A stretch of 64,000 bases of DNA from Roseibacillus sp. (GCA_965242925.1 CBDEUM010000029.1:288001-352000), one strand, 5' to 3'. Positions 29,954 to 40,762 are shown, numbered from the stretch's first letter. A program made the numbers and translations. The notes: a model not told the origin generated them from the sequence alone.

Positions 29954-30854
29954 GGGTGCCGCTGACGGAAGTGACCGTATCCATGAAATTGTTGGCCCAA
30001 TTGTAGACGAAGTGGCGCCAGGTCAGTTCGGGCGAGGCTAGGCACAGGAGGGCGGAGAGCAGGAGCACATTGGAGAGGTAAATGAGGGAGAGAGAGAAGA
30101 AAGTGCCGTTTTCCTTCAGGTCGGGTTGATCGCGCGGGATGATCCAGAGGGTCCAGAGCAGGTGGAAGCTCCAGGTGGCGCCCATCGTGCCGAACAGGAT
30201 TTTCTCGTGATGAGGAAGGGACCCGATGAGGCCGATAATGGTCATGAGGATGAAGATCACCACGGACCAGAAGGGAATGAAGTAGGGTGAGAGCGCGATG
30301 AGAATGTTGGATTTGTTGGTGACGATGTGACCTCCGTCCAGGCTGACACGGAAGCCGCTCACGCGTCCGAGGCAGGCGTAAACGAAGATAACGTGGGTAA
30401 GTTCGTGTCCCAGGACGTAGAGGTAGAGGAAGCCCGGTTGGAAGAGCCGGGTGAAGAACCAGCCTACGTTGAGGATGAAGCCGACTGAAAAATAGAGGAA
30501 GGCGTTGGTACGCCAGAACTGCTGCCAGAAGGAAAGGCTGCTGCCGGTATCACCCAGGGCGTGGAGGTGGGGATTGAGGAGGGTGATAGTGGTGATGAAA
30601 CAGAGGGGGAGGAGAGCAAGGCCGGCCAGGATGCGGAGGGATCGGGTGGACCAGCCCAGCTGTTCCTGGGCATAATGGGAATCCGCGATTGCAGATTGCA
30701 CGGAGGTGAGCCCCCGGCGGCGCCACGAACGCTGGTTCGCACGTTGGCGGGCCCGCCGATCGGCTTCGCGCAGGGCCTCGCGCAGGGTGGGGCGCCTGAT
30801 ACGGCGATTCTCGCCCGTTCGTCGCAGATGGAGTTGTTTTCGACCTCTTGCCAC
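29946..30854 (-). CDS. Membrane protein, M50-like metallopeptidase
   Basis: Multiple TM segments; HELTH (HExxH), LIALSPYF, downstream D in DQPDL. Confidence 0.7.
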   Translation of the reverse strand: MARGRKQLHLRRTGENRRIRRPTLREALREADRRARQRANQRSWRRRGLTSVQSAIADSHYAQEQLGWSTRSLRILAGLALLPLCFITTITLLNPHLHALGDTGSSLSFWQQFWRTNAFLYFSVGFILNVGWFFTRLFQPGFLYLYVLGHELTHVIFVYACLGRVSGFRVSLDGGHIVTNKSNILIALSPYFIPFWSVVIFILMTIIGLIGSLPHHEKILFGTMGATWSFHLLWTLWIIPRDQPDLKENGTFFSLSLIYLSNVLLLSALLCLASPELTWRHFVYNWANNFMDTVTSVSGTLD

Positions 30855-31131
30855 GCAGGGAATGAGATAGAGGATATTTCGGAAAAGTTAAAGAGTTTTG
30901 GTAGAGTTTAAAGTGGGTATCCGGGGAACTCCGGGATGTGAAAACCGCTTGAGAGGAGTCGCAGGGGACTGTGGTGGCATATTCCTACCGCGGAGGTGGT
31001 TGGGTTGCTCTTCTCCTGGTGAGGAGAGATGGCGAGGGAGGGGAGCCCCCAAGGTGGGGATATTCGGTCCGATTTGGTTGACGCGAGTGCCCCGGGGGAT
31101 AGGAGTGGGGAGAAACCCTGCTCCTATCCCC

Positions 31132-32166
31132 ATGACGATGCACCCTCTGATTTCCGGTCCCCCGCTCACTCTTGTGCTCTCCCTGATGCTCACCGGCGGT
31201 GCAACTGCGCAGGTGCGCGGCAGCACGGTGCTTACGCTCTCGGATGCTCCTGACGTCAACATCCTGAACGTCACCCTTTCTGCCGTTGGTATCGAAGACG
31301 AGCAGGACAGTGTCCTCGGTGGAACGGTGAATGCCATCCTTGGGATCGATCCGGCGACGGACCAGGTTTCGGAGTTCACTCTGACATCGGGGGACCTGAC
31401 CGCAACCGACATGGACTTTTCCCTGCTCGGGGGGTTGATCGCTGACGTATCGCTCAGTGGCATCAAGGCCACCCTCGTGACCTCTTCGACCGGACTGGTT
31501 GACCCTGCGACTGGTCAGTTCGACGGCGCTCAGCATCAGGTTACCCTCCACCAGGGCGCCATTAGCGGGACGTCGATCGCTGGAGCGGTGGATGAGAACT
31601 TCTCGCAGAACCCCGTCTCCGGAGCAGGTTCCGGGACCGGGACGGTCACAATCACCCGGACGGCGACAGAGGGAAACATCGTGACCTACGATATCCTGGT
31701 GCTGCTGCCCCTGGATTTCAGCAACCCCCTTCAGGAGGGAGTTGATGTGGTGGTGGACGCAACGATCCAGATGGAAGGATCCATTGAAGTTCCGCTAGAC
31801 CCCTACCTGGGGTGGACGGAGGCGAATGGAATTCCGGAGGCTCCGTTTGAAGGGGACCACAATGGTGACGGAATCCCTAACGGATTGCTCTGGGCGCTTG
31901 GTTACAGCCCGAACGATCGCCCCGAGCTTTTCATTCCCGACCTGTTCTTTCCAGGCCAGGTGGATCTCTTGATCGATCCGGGCCCGGATGGCACCCGGGC
32001 ACCCATCATCGTGGAGGGGAGTTACGACCTGGAGGAGTGGGTGCCGCTCGATCCCTTTCAGATCTGGGGATTCGAGAACCCGGTGCCCGCGGGGGAAGTT
32101 TGGCCCATAGTGCTGACTCTCTCGGGAGACCGGAGTTTTACTCGTCTCCGGGTTGTGAAGCCCTGA
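31132..32166 (+). CDS. Hypothetical secreted protein
   Basis: Signal peptide, acidic beta-rich body, YLGW..DHNGDGIPNGLLWALG C-terminal motif. Confidence 0.7.
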   Translation: MTMHPLISGPPLTLVLSLMLTGGATAQVRGSTVLTLSDAPDVNILNVTLSAVGIEDEQDSVLGGTVNAILGIDPATDQVSEFTLTSGDLTATDMDFSLLGGLIADVSLSGIKATLVTSSTGLVDPATGQFDGAQHQVTLHQGAISGTSIAGAVDENFSQNPVSGAGSGTGTVTITRTATEGNIVTYDILVLLPLDFSNPLQEGVDVVVDATIQMEGSIEVPLDPYLGWTEANGIPEAPFEGDHNGDGIPNGLLWALGYSPNDRPELFIPDLFFPGQVDLLIDPGPDGTRAPIIVEGSYDLEEWVPLDPFQIWGFENPVPAGEVWPIVLTLSGDRSFTRLRVVKP

Positions 32167-32220
32167 ATGAGGAGGGGAGAGGCCTGACAGGATAGTGGCG
32201 GGGTCCGGATAAGTCAGCCC

Positions 32221-32781
32221 TCAGGCCCTGCCGACGTAGCTGCCGTCTTCGGTGTTGATCTTCAGGACGTCATCCGGTTTGACGAAGAGAGGAACCTGCA
32301 CCGTCACCCCGGTCTCAAGAGTGGCAGGCTTGGTGGGGTTGTTGGCGGTGTCGCCCTTGATGCCCTCTGAGGATTCGGTGACCTTCAATTCCACCACGGC
32401 GGGCAGACTGACGGTTACCGCGTTGCCTTCAATAAAGAGGACTTCCACTTCCTGGCCGTCCTTCAGGAAGTCCCTGCAGTCCTCAACGAGGCTCTCATCG
32501 AGGGTGATGGTCTCGTAGGATTCGAGATCCATGAAGTGGGTGCCGGCGGGATCGGAATAGGAATACTCCAGCTTCTGGCGCTGGGTTTCCAGGATGTCGA
32601 CCTTTTCGGAGGACGAGAAGCGGATGGTCTTCTTATTGCCGGAATTGAAGGAGCGGATGGTGGCGGCAATGAGGGCGTTGCCCTTGCCGGGGGTGCGGTG
32701 CTCGATGTGAAGCACCACGCCCATGTCCCCTTCGTACCTGATGCACTGCCCCTTGTTCAGTTTGGTTGCGACGACTGCCAT
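32221..32781 (-). CDS. efp: Elongation factor P
   Basis: HRTPGKG loop; KGDTA..KPATLETG..VQVPLFV. Confidence 0.95.
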   Translation of the reverse strand: MAVVATKLNKGQCIRYEGDMGVVLHIEHRTPGKGNALIAATIRSFNSGNKKTIRFSSSEKVDILETQRQKLEYSYSDPAGTHFMDLESYETITLDESLVEDCRDFLKDGQEVEVLFIEGNAVTVSLPAVVELKVTESSEGIKGDTANNPTKPATLETGVTVQVPLFVKPDDVLKINTEDGSYVGRA

Positions 32782-32983
32782 TGGTCTGGAATTGGTGGAA
32801 TCCGCTCCGGGGTGGCCGGAAGCGCGGGCGGTTTACCCTCCGCGAAGCGAGAGAGCACGAAGAATCTTCGGGATTTTCCCCTGGGGAGATCCAATCTGGT
32901 GTGGGATTCTTTTCCCAGGAGGAGGCGGTTTGCAGTGATCCCTCGCATTGCAGGGCACGATCCACGGGATTCTCCGATTCCCG

Positions 32984-34411
32984 CTATCGATAGTCCTCTC
33001 CGTTCGCGCTGGCCTCGCAGGACTTCATGAAGGCGGTGAGCTCGCGTTTCATTCTTGCTGCCACTTCAGGGTTGCGGTCAGCAATGTTCCGGGTCTCGGA
33101 GGGATCCGTGAGGAGGTCATAGAGCTCGAACTCGGCCACGGGCACCTTGCCGTTGTCCGATCGATGACGTTTAAGTCCGCCGTTGTTGTGGACGAGCTTG
33201 TGGCGGTCATTCACCAGGGTGCGGTCCCTGCCGAAGCGGAAACCGATGGCGTTTCCGCGCTTCTGCTGCGTTCCCCTGAGGATCGGAAACAAGTCGATGC
33301 CGTCATAGGGGCGCTTGGCAAGGGGCAGACCCAGGAGGGCGGAGATGGTGGGGAAGTAATCGCTGCTCACACAGGGAGTGGCGACCTTGCGGGGTTGGAG
33401 GGTGCCGGGCCACTCGACCACCGCTGGAACGCGCACCCCACCTTCGTAAAGACTGCGCTTGCGTCCGCGGAACTTGCCGGCCGTGCCCTGTGAATGTGCC
33501 CGCGGTCCCGGGTTGCCTTCCGGGCCGTTGTCACTGGCGAAGCAGAGCATGGTCTCCTGCTCGATCTTCAGGGTGCGTAAGTGGGCGCGGAGCCTGCCCA
33601 TCTGGGCGTCAAGGGCGGTGATGCAACTGAAATAGTGCTGCTCGTTGACGGGCAGATCACCGTAGTGGGTCTTCATGTATTCTGGATGCCCCACTACCGG
33701 GAGATGCGGGGCATGGAACCAGATTACGGCGAAGAACGGGTTGTTCTCACGGACTGCCTGGGCGATGAAGGGAAGCGCCTTGTCCATCACCATCTTGGAG
33801 GTGCAGCCGGAGAGCGGCTGTGCGAGGGGCTTGCCGTTGTGCCAGAAGAGGGCCCGCAGGTCACCCTTTCGCGCTGCGGCGCAATGGGCATTCTTTGGAT
33901 CGTAGGGGTTGTAGGTGGCGATTGAGAATTCGCTGGTGAACCACTCGCCGAATCCTGCCATGCCGGGGGTCATGAAATTCTTTTTCGGGTTGCGTCCTGT
34001 TCCCTTGCCGCTGAACCCGGGGCTGAGGGTGCCGAGGTGCCACTTACCGAAGTGACCGGTGGCATAGCCTTTCCCCGAGAGGAGTTCCGCAAGGCTGATT
34101 TCTTGCTTCCTGAGATGGCCGACATTGGCGGTGGGGATGCCGTAGCGGAAGGGATTGCGTCCGGTGAGACAGCTCCCGCGGGTGGGGGAGCAGACCGGGG
34201 CGCCCGCGTAGTAGCGGGAGAGCGTTACACCGGATTCGGCCATGGCATCGAGGTGCGGCGTTACAATCTTCGGGTGGCCATTGAAGCCGGTGTCTCCCCA
34301 GCCGAGGTCGTCGGCCATGCACAGGATGAAGTTCGGCTTCCGGCCGGGATCCCCGAAGGAGGGGAGGGTGAGGGTGAGGGCGACAAGAAAAGGAAGGGAA
34401 CGGCAGTTCAT
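32984..34411 (-). CDS. Sulfatase, secreted
   Basis: PNFILCMADDLG, CSPTR, GKWHLG, SDNG, LYEGGVRVP; start ATG 34411. Confidence 0.9.
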   Translation of the reverse strand: MNCRSLPFLVALTLTLPSFGDPGRKPNFILCMADDLGWGDTGFNGHPKIVTPHLDAMAESGVTLSRYYAGAPVCSPTRGSCLTGRNPFRYGIPTANVGHLRKQEISLAELLSGKGYATGHFGKWHLGTLSPGFSGKGTGRNPKKNFMTPGMAGFGEWFTSEFSIATYNPYDPKNAHCAAARKGDLRALFWHNGKPLAQPLSGCTSKMVMDKALPFIAQAVRENNPFFAVIWFHAPHLPVVGHPEYMKTHYGDLPVNEQHYFSCITALDAQMGRLRAHLRTLKIEQETMLCFASDNGPEGNPGPRAHSQGTAGKFRGRKRSLYEGGVRVPAVVEWPGTLQPRKVATPCVSSDYFPTISALLGLPLAKRPYDGIDLFPILRGTQQKRGNAIGFRFGRDRTLVNDRHKLVHNNGGLKRHRSDNGKVPVAEFELYDLLTDPSETRNIADRNPEVAARMKRELTAFMKSCEASANGEDYR

Positions 34412-34476
34412 GACGCTTGTGTTTTGCGCTGACAGGGTTGACAAGGAGGGTGCCCTGCAGCCCGGTTTCTTACGAC

Positions 34477-35811
34477 ATGAATCGTCTGTTTTCTTCGCTT
34501 GCCCTGACTGTGACGGGGTTCGGCATGGCCTGGGCTGATGACTGGCCGCAGTGGCTGGGTGAAAACCGGGATGGGACCTGGCAGGAGGAGGGAGTTCTCG
34601 AGCGACTGCCGGAGGAGGGACCGAAAGTCCTCTGGCGGACACCGGTGGCGCACGGGTATTCCGGTCCGGCGGTGGCGAAGGGGCGGGTCTATGTGATGGA
34701 TCTGGTGGTCGGGAAAGGGGAGATCATCAATGATGCGGGTGCACAGGTGAAGCTGACGGGCATGGAACGGATTCGGTGTCACGATGCCGCGAGCGGAAAG
34801 CCGCTCTGGACCCACAGTGAACGGCGGGACTATGAAGTGTCCTATCCCGGAGGCCCGCGTGCTACGCCGACGGTGGATGATGGGCAGGTTTTTGCCCTGG
34901 GTGTGATGGGACATCTCACCTGTCTCACGACTGAAGGAGCGTTGCAGTGGAAGAGAGACTTCGGGAAGGACTATGGTGCGCGCGTGCCGATGTGGGGACA
35001 CTCTGCTCCACCGCTGGTCTACCGGGACATGGTGATCTGCATGGTGGGCGGCGAGGGATCCCTCGTGGTGGCCTTCGACCGGAAGACGGGAGAGGAACGC
35101 TGGCGGTCACTAACCGCCCGTCATTGCGGTTATTGTCCTCCCCAGATCATTGAGCATGCAGGCGTCAAGCAGCTCATTACCTGGCACCCTGAAGGGGTGA
35201 GCGGACACAATCCCGATACCGGACAGGTGTATTGGACCGCGCCGATCAAGCCCACCAACGGCTCATCCATTGCGATGCCGCGCAAGCTCGGCAACAAGCT
35301 GTTTGCCAGCGGTTATAATCGTGTTGGAGGAATGATCGAGTTGGGTGAGGGCAAGCCCTCCGCCAGGATCACCTGGCGAAGTGGTCCAAAGGAGGGGGTT
35401 TATCCCGTCAACAGCACTCCCTGTCTGCTCGATGGCATGATCTATGCCGTGGACGTTGATCGTAGTGCCCTGATGGGCGTGGCGATGGATTCCGGGAAAC
35501 GGTTGTGGGAGACCCGTGCTCCGTGTCTCGCCCCGGAGCTTGCAGGCCGGCAGCGTGCGCCACGCTATGGGACCGCTTTTCTCGTCTACCATCCCGGCAA
35601 CCGGCAGTTCTGGATTCTGGGGGAGATGGGGGACCTGATCATCGCGGAGCTTTCGCCCCGGGGCTATCGTGAGGTGAGCCGGGCCCATGTCCTGACGCCC
35701 ACCAGCTCCTCCGGATCACGTAAGGTCCTGTGGAGTCATCCTGCCTTTGCCATGCGCTCGGTATTCCTGAGAAACGACAAGGAGATGATCAGGATCGACC
35801 TTTCGGAGTGA
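34477..35811 (+). CDS. PQQ-binding-like beta-propeller protein
   Basis: DDWPQWLG..RDG, GYSGPAV, PRATPTV, WSHPAF. Confidence 0.85.
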   Translation: MNRLFSSLALTVTGFGMAWADDWPQWLGENRDGTWQEEGVLERLPEEGPKVLWRTPVAHGYSGPAVAKGRVYVMDLVVGKGEIINDAGAQVKLTGMERIRCHDAASGKPLWTHSERRDYEVSYPGGPRATPTVDDGQVFALGVMGHLTCLTTEGALQWKRDFGKDYGARVPMWGHSAPPLVYRDMVICMVGGEGSLVVAFDRKTGEERWRSLTARHCGYCPPQIIEHAGVKQLITWHPEGVSGHNPDTGQVYWTAPIKPTNGSSIAMPRKLGNKLFASGYNRVGGMIELGEGKPSARITWRSGPKEGVYPVNSTPCLLDGMIYAVDVDRSALMGVAMDSGKRLWETRAPCLAPELAGRQRAPRYGTAFLVYHPGNRQFWILGEMGDLIIAELSPRGYREVSRAHVLTPTSSSGSRKVLWSHPAFAMRSVFLRNDKEMIRIDLSE

Positions 35812-35895
35812 GAGAACCGGGATTTGGGGATTGGAGATTGTGATTCCTGATATATCACGGTGCTGTCAATCGTAAGTCGATAGCCTCATATCAAC

Positions 35896-36558
35896 ATGAA
35901 ACCGAAACTTATCATCACCCTGCTGGCCCCCTTGTTCCTGTCCCTGCCATCTCTGGCGGACCACCACAAGAAGGGTGAGTTGAAAGACCTCTTCAACGGG
36001 AAGGACCTGTCCGGATTCACCCAGCGTAACGGCACCGCCACCTACGAGGTTGTCGATGGAACGATTCTGGGAACCACTGCCAAGGGAAGTCCGAATTCCT
36101 TCCTCTGCACCGACAGGAAGTATGGCAACTTCGAGCTCATTTTCGAGGTCAAGTGTCACAACAACCTGAATTCAGGTGTGCAGATTCGCTCCCAGACCAA
36201 GAACGACGACCCGAAGGAGCGGGTGAACGGACCGCAGGTCGAGATTGAGGCCAGCGGTGCCAAGGGCGCGGAGGCGGGATATGTGTACGGGGAGGCCTGT
36301 TACGGGTGGATGACGCCAAAAGACAAGCTCAAGCCGCACAAGCACTTCAAGGATGGAGCGTGGAACAAGTACCGGGTGCTTGCCAAGGGATCCCGCATCC
36401 AGGTGTGGATCAATGGCGAGCAGGTCTCCGACCTGGTGCATGAGAAGGCCTACAAGAGCCATCCGAGTGGATTTATCGGCCTGCAGGTGCACGGTGTGGG
36501 GAATGGAGGTCCGTTTACCGTGGCTTGGAGAAACCTGAAAATCCGCGAGCTGAAGTAG
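35896..36558 (+). CDS. DUF1080 (3-keto-disaccharide hydrolase-like) protein
   Basis: LFNGKDLSG, NSGVQIRS, WNKYRV, GFIGLQVH, WRNLKIREL. Confidence 0.9.
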   Translation: MKPKLIITLLAPLFLSLPSLADHHKKGELKDLFNGKDLSGFTQRNGTATYEVVDGTILGTTAKGSPNSFLCTDRKYGNFELIFEVKCHNNLNSGVQIRSQTKNDDPKERVNGPQVEIEASGAKGAEAGYVYGEACYGWMTPKDKLKPHKHFKDGAWNKYRVLAKGSRIQVWINGEQVSDLVHEKAYKSHPSGFIGLQVHGVGNGGPFTVAWRNLKIRELK

Positions 36559-36717
36559 TTTTTACCGGGGAAGAATTTTCTGCAGGAGGAGGGGCAATTC
36601 GTTTCTCCCCTCTGTTTACTGGATTTCCCGGACTTGAGAGTTGGTGATCCTGATGGGATGGTGAGGTCCTGGTGTTGTATCCGTCCGGGTTCCGGGTAAT
36701 TTTATCCAGGAGGAAAG

Positions 36718-38187
36718 ATGAGTGACCAATCCTTGGAGAACTACCGGACCCTGCACGGGTTGCCGGAGCTGGCGGGGGTGGCCGACCTGGCGGGAGCGGC
36801 CGGTCCCGGACTGGAGGTCCAGGAGTGTGTGGATCGCTTGAAGTGTTTTCACTACGCGTTGCATCGCATCTGGCAGACGCTGCTCACTCGCATCGCCTGT
36901 GAGCCAATCTACGAGCTGAAGATGGGCTACAGCTATCACGCCTATCTGGCGGCGGAGCACATCACACTGCTTCGGGACCGGGTGGCGGAGCTGCGGCATC
37001 CTCCCCTGGGCCTGGACAAGGTGCCGCATGAGAATCTGGAGGGCTTCTTCGATGAGATCCGGAACGCTCCGGACAGGGAGAGAATGCTGGCGGGCCTTTA
37101 CCGGGTGGCGCTGCCGGCCCTGCGCGAGAGCATGCGAGCCTACCGGGAGGAGACCAATCCACTTGCCGATGCGCCTGGACTACGGGTTCTCCGGGTGGTG
37201 CTTCCCGAGGTGGAAGCCATGATCACGTGGGGCGAGAAAGCCTGTGCCGCGCTGGAGAATTCAGGTTCGGGGGAGGGAGAGGATCACATGGAGTGGCTGG
37301 AGGAACTGGGAGTCTGGCTGGCGGCCTCGGGTGGACTGGCGGGAACGGAGAAGGAGGATAGCCCTCCATCCCCGCGCTACTCGACTGACGAGTTTCGCTA
37401 CGACAGCAAGCCGCAGCGCGACGAACGGTTTCCGGATCCCTACAATATGGGCGTGCACGCCGAGGAGTTTCTCTACGACGAGTCCTTCGAGAGCCGGGAC
37501 AAGATTTTCATGATGTTCTACAAGCGCATCCGCGAGATCGACGTTCCCGAGATGATGGCGTCCATTCTCTACGAGATGGTGACGGAGAGCGGGGATGAAG
37601 AAGCGGGTGGGCGCCCGTGGGGGTTTTACCGGGACATGACACGGCAACTCTGGGATGAAGCCCGGCACGCCATGATGGGAGAAGTGGGTTTCGCCCGGGC
37701 CGGGATCGACTGGCCGAGCAAGGTGATGATTAACTTCACCTGGTCGAAAGGACTGAACGAGCAACTCACTCCCCGGGAACGCCACGCGGTCCTGTGGTTT
37801 ATCGAGCAGGGGCTCATGTCCAAGACGGGCAAGCGCTACGAGTGGGAAGTAGGGGCCGACTCCGGGGATGAGTTTGCGCAGTTGGTCCAGGACTTTGACT
37901 GGGCCGATGAAGTCCTGCACGCAAGGATTGGTCGCGATTGGTATGTGAAGAATTTTGAAACGGTGGCGGCGGCGGCGGACTACGGTAGTGCCTGCTGGGA
38001 CAAGGTGGTCTCCGACTGGGAACAGTGGAAGAAGGAGGGCCTGACCGAGCACCGCAACTGGTGGCCTGATCTCTACCGGGAGGTGTGCAGGCACCGCGGG
38101 GAGGAACCCGACCCCCGTGTGCTGGCCTATGATCGGAGCTATGCTGAGACCCGCGCCGATTTGCAGAGAATTGCGGCTTCGGGGTAG
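36718..38187 (+). CDS. Hypothetical protein with tandem ferritin-like (diiron) domains
   Basis: AGGAGG RBS; WDEARH and ADEVLH ExxH pairs with upstream E residues; degenerate AAEH in N-terminal half. Confidence 0.65.
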   Translation: MSDQSLENYRTLHGLPELAGVADLAGAAGPGLEVQECVDRLKCFHYALHRIWQTLLTRIACEPIYELKMGYSYHAYLAAEHITLLRDRVAELRHPPLGLDKVPHENLEGFFDEIRNAPDRERMLAGLYRVALPALRESMRAYREETNPLADAPGLRVLRVVLPEVEAMITWGEKACAALENSGSGEGEDHMEWLEELGVWLAASGGLAGTEKEDSPPSPRYSTDEFRYDSKPQRDERFPDPYNMGVHAEEFLYDESFESRDKIFMMFYKRIREIDVPEMMASILYEMVTESGDEEAGGRPWGFYRDMTRQLWDEARHAMMGEVGFARAGIDWPSKVMINFTWSKGLNEQLTPRERHAVLWFIEQGLMSKTGKRYEWEVGADSGDEFAQLVQDFDWADEVLHARIGRDWYVKNFETVAAAADYGSACWDKVVSDWEQWKKEGLTEHRNWWPDLYREVCRHRGEEPDPRVLAYDRSYAETRADLQRIAASG

Positions 38188-38225
38188 GTGGATTGCAGCC
38201 TGCGCAAGGTAATACAACCGGGGAT

Positions 38226-39740
38226 TCAGGGCAGCAGGACGCCTTCCTCTATCATCTTGGCCTTGGACCAGCGGGGCCGGATGCGGGCGGGAGTCGGTTT
38301 GCCTGTCACGCGATCGAACTCGTCCGGGGTGCGAAGCCTGGGGATCTGTTCCCGGGTGCGGAGACGCCATTGTTTGTACTCCGCACGCAGGCGCTCAAGG
38401 GTATCCTGGTGCGCCGGGTCCCGGGCGAGATCATTGAGTTCGTGGGGATCGGTGGTGAGATCGTAGAGTTCTTCCCGGGGGCGGGGTGCCCTGAAGCAGG
38501 TTGACTGCACATCAGGAAGCTGTTCCTCCGCGCGCAGGCGTTGCATCTCCTTGAAGGTATCGCTACGGGCCGCATCGGCTGGAGGTGTAGCGGGAAGATC
38601 GGGGTAGTGGTTGATGATGTACTTGTAGCGGCGGTCCCGTACCGCGCGCGAGCGATCCTCGTAGTCGTGCCAGTTCTTTTCAGCGAAGATGGCGTCGCGG
38701 ATCTCAACGTCCTTTCCTTCCAGGAGCGCCGTGAAGTCCTTGCCCACGTAGTTGCGGCTCACCGGGAGGCCGCCCAGGGTCAGAATGGTGGTCGCCAGGT
38801 CGATCGTGCTGACCAGCTGGTTGCAGCGTGTGCCCGGCTTTACCACGGCGGGCCAACGGATGATGAGAGGAGTGCGAATGCCACTGTCATAGAGAGTGGT
38901 CTTGTCGCGGGGAAAGGGACGGCCGTTATCACTCAGGAATATCACGATGGTATTATCCGCCGTCTTCTGCGCCTCCAGCTCATGGAGAACTGCTCCCACG
39001 AAGCGGTCGAGCCGGGTGATTTCGTCGTAGTAGCTGGCATAGTCCTGACGTACGAGTGGAGTGTCGGGATGGTAGGGCGGCAGGACAACCTCGTCGGGGG
39101 AATGGGGTTGCTCCGAGATCTGTTCATCGTAGGGGCGGTGTGGATCGACGGCCGCAAGCCAGACGAGGAAGGGCTTGCCGGGATCTCGTTCGCGGAGAAG
39201 GCTCACCCAGTCGGCACATCCGCTCTTGGCATCTCCGGTGGCGGTCTCCACGAAATTTTCGCGGGCATCGGCTCCGGCATTGGCGGGGAGCTGGAATCCC
39301 GAGGTATCCACTTCCCGCACTACCGTGAAGCGTTCGCGCATGGCGTCGCCGAGGTGCCACTTGCCTGCTGCCCCGACGAAGTAGCCGGCCAGTTTGAGCT
39401 GTTGGGGGAAGATGATCTGAGAGGCGGGGATGGGCCAGTGCAGTTGCTCAGCATCGGTCTGGTGGGGATAGCGTCCGGTGAGAATGCTGGCGCGGCTGGG
39501 CGAGCAGGAGCTGATGGTCAGGAAGGCCTGATCGAAACACATTCCTTCCGCGGCCAGGCGATCAAGATTCGGGGTGTGCACCTTTTTGTTGCCGAAGGGA
39601 CCGAGGTCGTCCCAGGCCATATCGTCGGCGAGAATGATCACGAAATTGGGGCGATTGCTTTCCCTGGTTGGTAAATCCTGGGCGGAAAGGAAGGCCCCGG
39701 GAACCAGGGAGAGAGCAGTGAGGTGGAGCAAGGCGTTCAT
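38226..39740 (-). CDS. Sulfatase (heparan N-sulfatase-like)
   Basis: PNFVIILADD, CSPSR, DPHRPY, SDNGRPFPRDKTTLYDSG. Confidence 0.9.
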   Translation of the reverse strand: MNALLHLTALSLVPGAFLSAQDLPTRESNRPNFVIILADDMAWDDLGPFGNKKVHTPNLDRLAAEGMCFDQAFLTISSCSPSRASILTGRYPHQTDAEQLHWPIPASQIIFPQQLKLAGYFVGAAGKWHLGDAMRERFTVVREVDTSGFQLPANAGADARENFVETATGDAKSGCADWVSLLRERDPGKPFLVWLAAVDPHRPYDEQISEQPHSPDEVVLPPYHPDTPLVRQDYASYYDEITRLDRFVGAVLHELEAQKTADNTIVIFLSDNGRPFPRDKTTLYDSGIRTPLIIRWPAVVKPGTRCNQLVSTIDLATTILTLGGLPVSRNYVGKDFTALLEGKDVEIRDAIFAEKNWHDYEDRSRAVRDRRYKYIINHYPDLPATPPADAARSDTFKEMQRLRAEEQLPDVQSTCFRAPRPREELYDLTTDPHELNDLARDPAHQDTLERLRAEYKQWRLRTREQIPRLRTPDEFDRVTGKPTPARIRPRWSKAKMIEEGVLLP

Positions 39741-39877
39741 TGCGGGAAAACGGGGAGCAGCTCTGCAGATGGGGAACGGCAGACTGGCTTTCCTAGCCAG
39801 TCCCCTCCTGACTGGGAAGCCTGAAGCAGCATTTTGCAGGTTGGAAATCTGCCCGTCCCTGTCCTACGATCGCTTCA

Positions 39878-40762
39878 ATGAATTCTTCACGACGACATTT
39901 TCTCGGTGGGACCGCCCTCGCGGCTGGTGGATTTGCTCTGGGAACCGGGCGATCCGGCGCGGCGTCGGCCAAGATCGACACCCCCTTCAAGCATTCGGTG
40001 ATGGGGTGGTGTTTTGGAGGGCGCGGGGTGAAGACCAGGGAACTGGCCGAATGGTGTGTCAAGCTGGGCATGCACGGGATGGAAGGAATTCCGAAGACGG
40101 CCTACAAGGAGGTGATGGATCTCGGTCTCGAGATTTCGCTGGTGGGAAGTCACGGCTTTTCGCAGGGGCCCTGCGATCCCAGGCATACCGACATGGTCAT
40201 CGAAAAACTGAAAGACGGCATCGAGGTGGCCAGCCGGATCAAGGCCAAGCGCGTGATCACCTTCACCGGCATGCGCTACGAGGGCATGGACGATGAAAAG
40301 GCCGCCCAGCTCTGTGTGGACACGTGGAAGAAGGTCGTTCCGCTGGCCGAGAAGAAGGGAATCACCATTTGTTTTGAGCATCTCAATTCCCGGGCCACGG
40401 AAGGAAAGATGACCGGCCACGCCGGCTACTTTGGGGACGACGTTGACTTCTGTGTCGATCTCATCAAGCGGGTGGGATCGGAGAACTTCAAGTTGCTCTT
40501 CGATATCTACCACGTGGAGATAATGAACGGCGATGTGATCCGGCGCATCCGGGATTACAAGGATTACATCGGCCACTACCACACCGCCGGCAATCCGGGT
40601 CGGGGCGAGATCGACGGGACGCAGGAGATCAACTATCCGCCCATCATCAGGGAGATCGTGAAGACCGGCTTCACCGACTATGTTGCCCAGGAATTCATTC
40701 CCACCTGGGAGGATCCCTTCAAGTCGCTGAAACACGGAGTGGAGACCTGCACCTTGAAGTGA
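39878..40762 (+). CDS. Hydroxypyruvate isomerase/xylose-isomerase-like TIM barrel, Tat-exported
   Basis: SRRHFL leader; EHLNS, LLFDIYH, HYHTAGNPGRGE, QEF. Confidence 0.85.
   Translation: MNSSRRHFLGGTALAAGGFALGTGRSGAASAKIDTPFKHSVMGWCFGGRGVKTRELAEWCVKLGMHGMEGIPKTAYKEVMDLGLEISLVGSHGFSQGPCDPRHTDMVIEKLKDGIEVASRIKAKRVITFTGMRYEGMDDEKAAQLCVDTWKKVVPLAEKKGITICFEHLNSRATEGKMTGHAGYFGDDVDFCVDLIKRVGSENFKLLFDIYHVEIMNGDVIRRIRDYKDYIGHYHTAGNPGRGEIDGTQEINYPPIIREIVKTGFTDYVAQEFIPTWEDPFKSLKHGVETCTLK

Noticed and set aside
32221..32781. Unusual EF-P modification system
   Set aside because: Ordinary PGKG loop and no modifying enzyme adjacent
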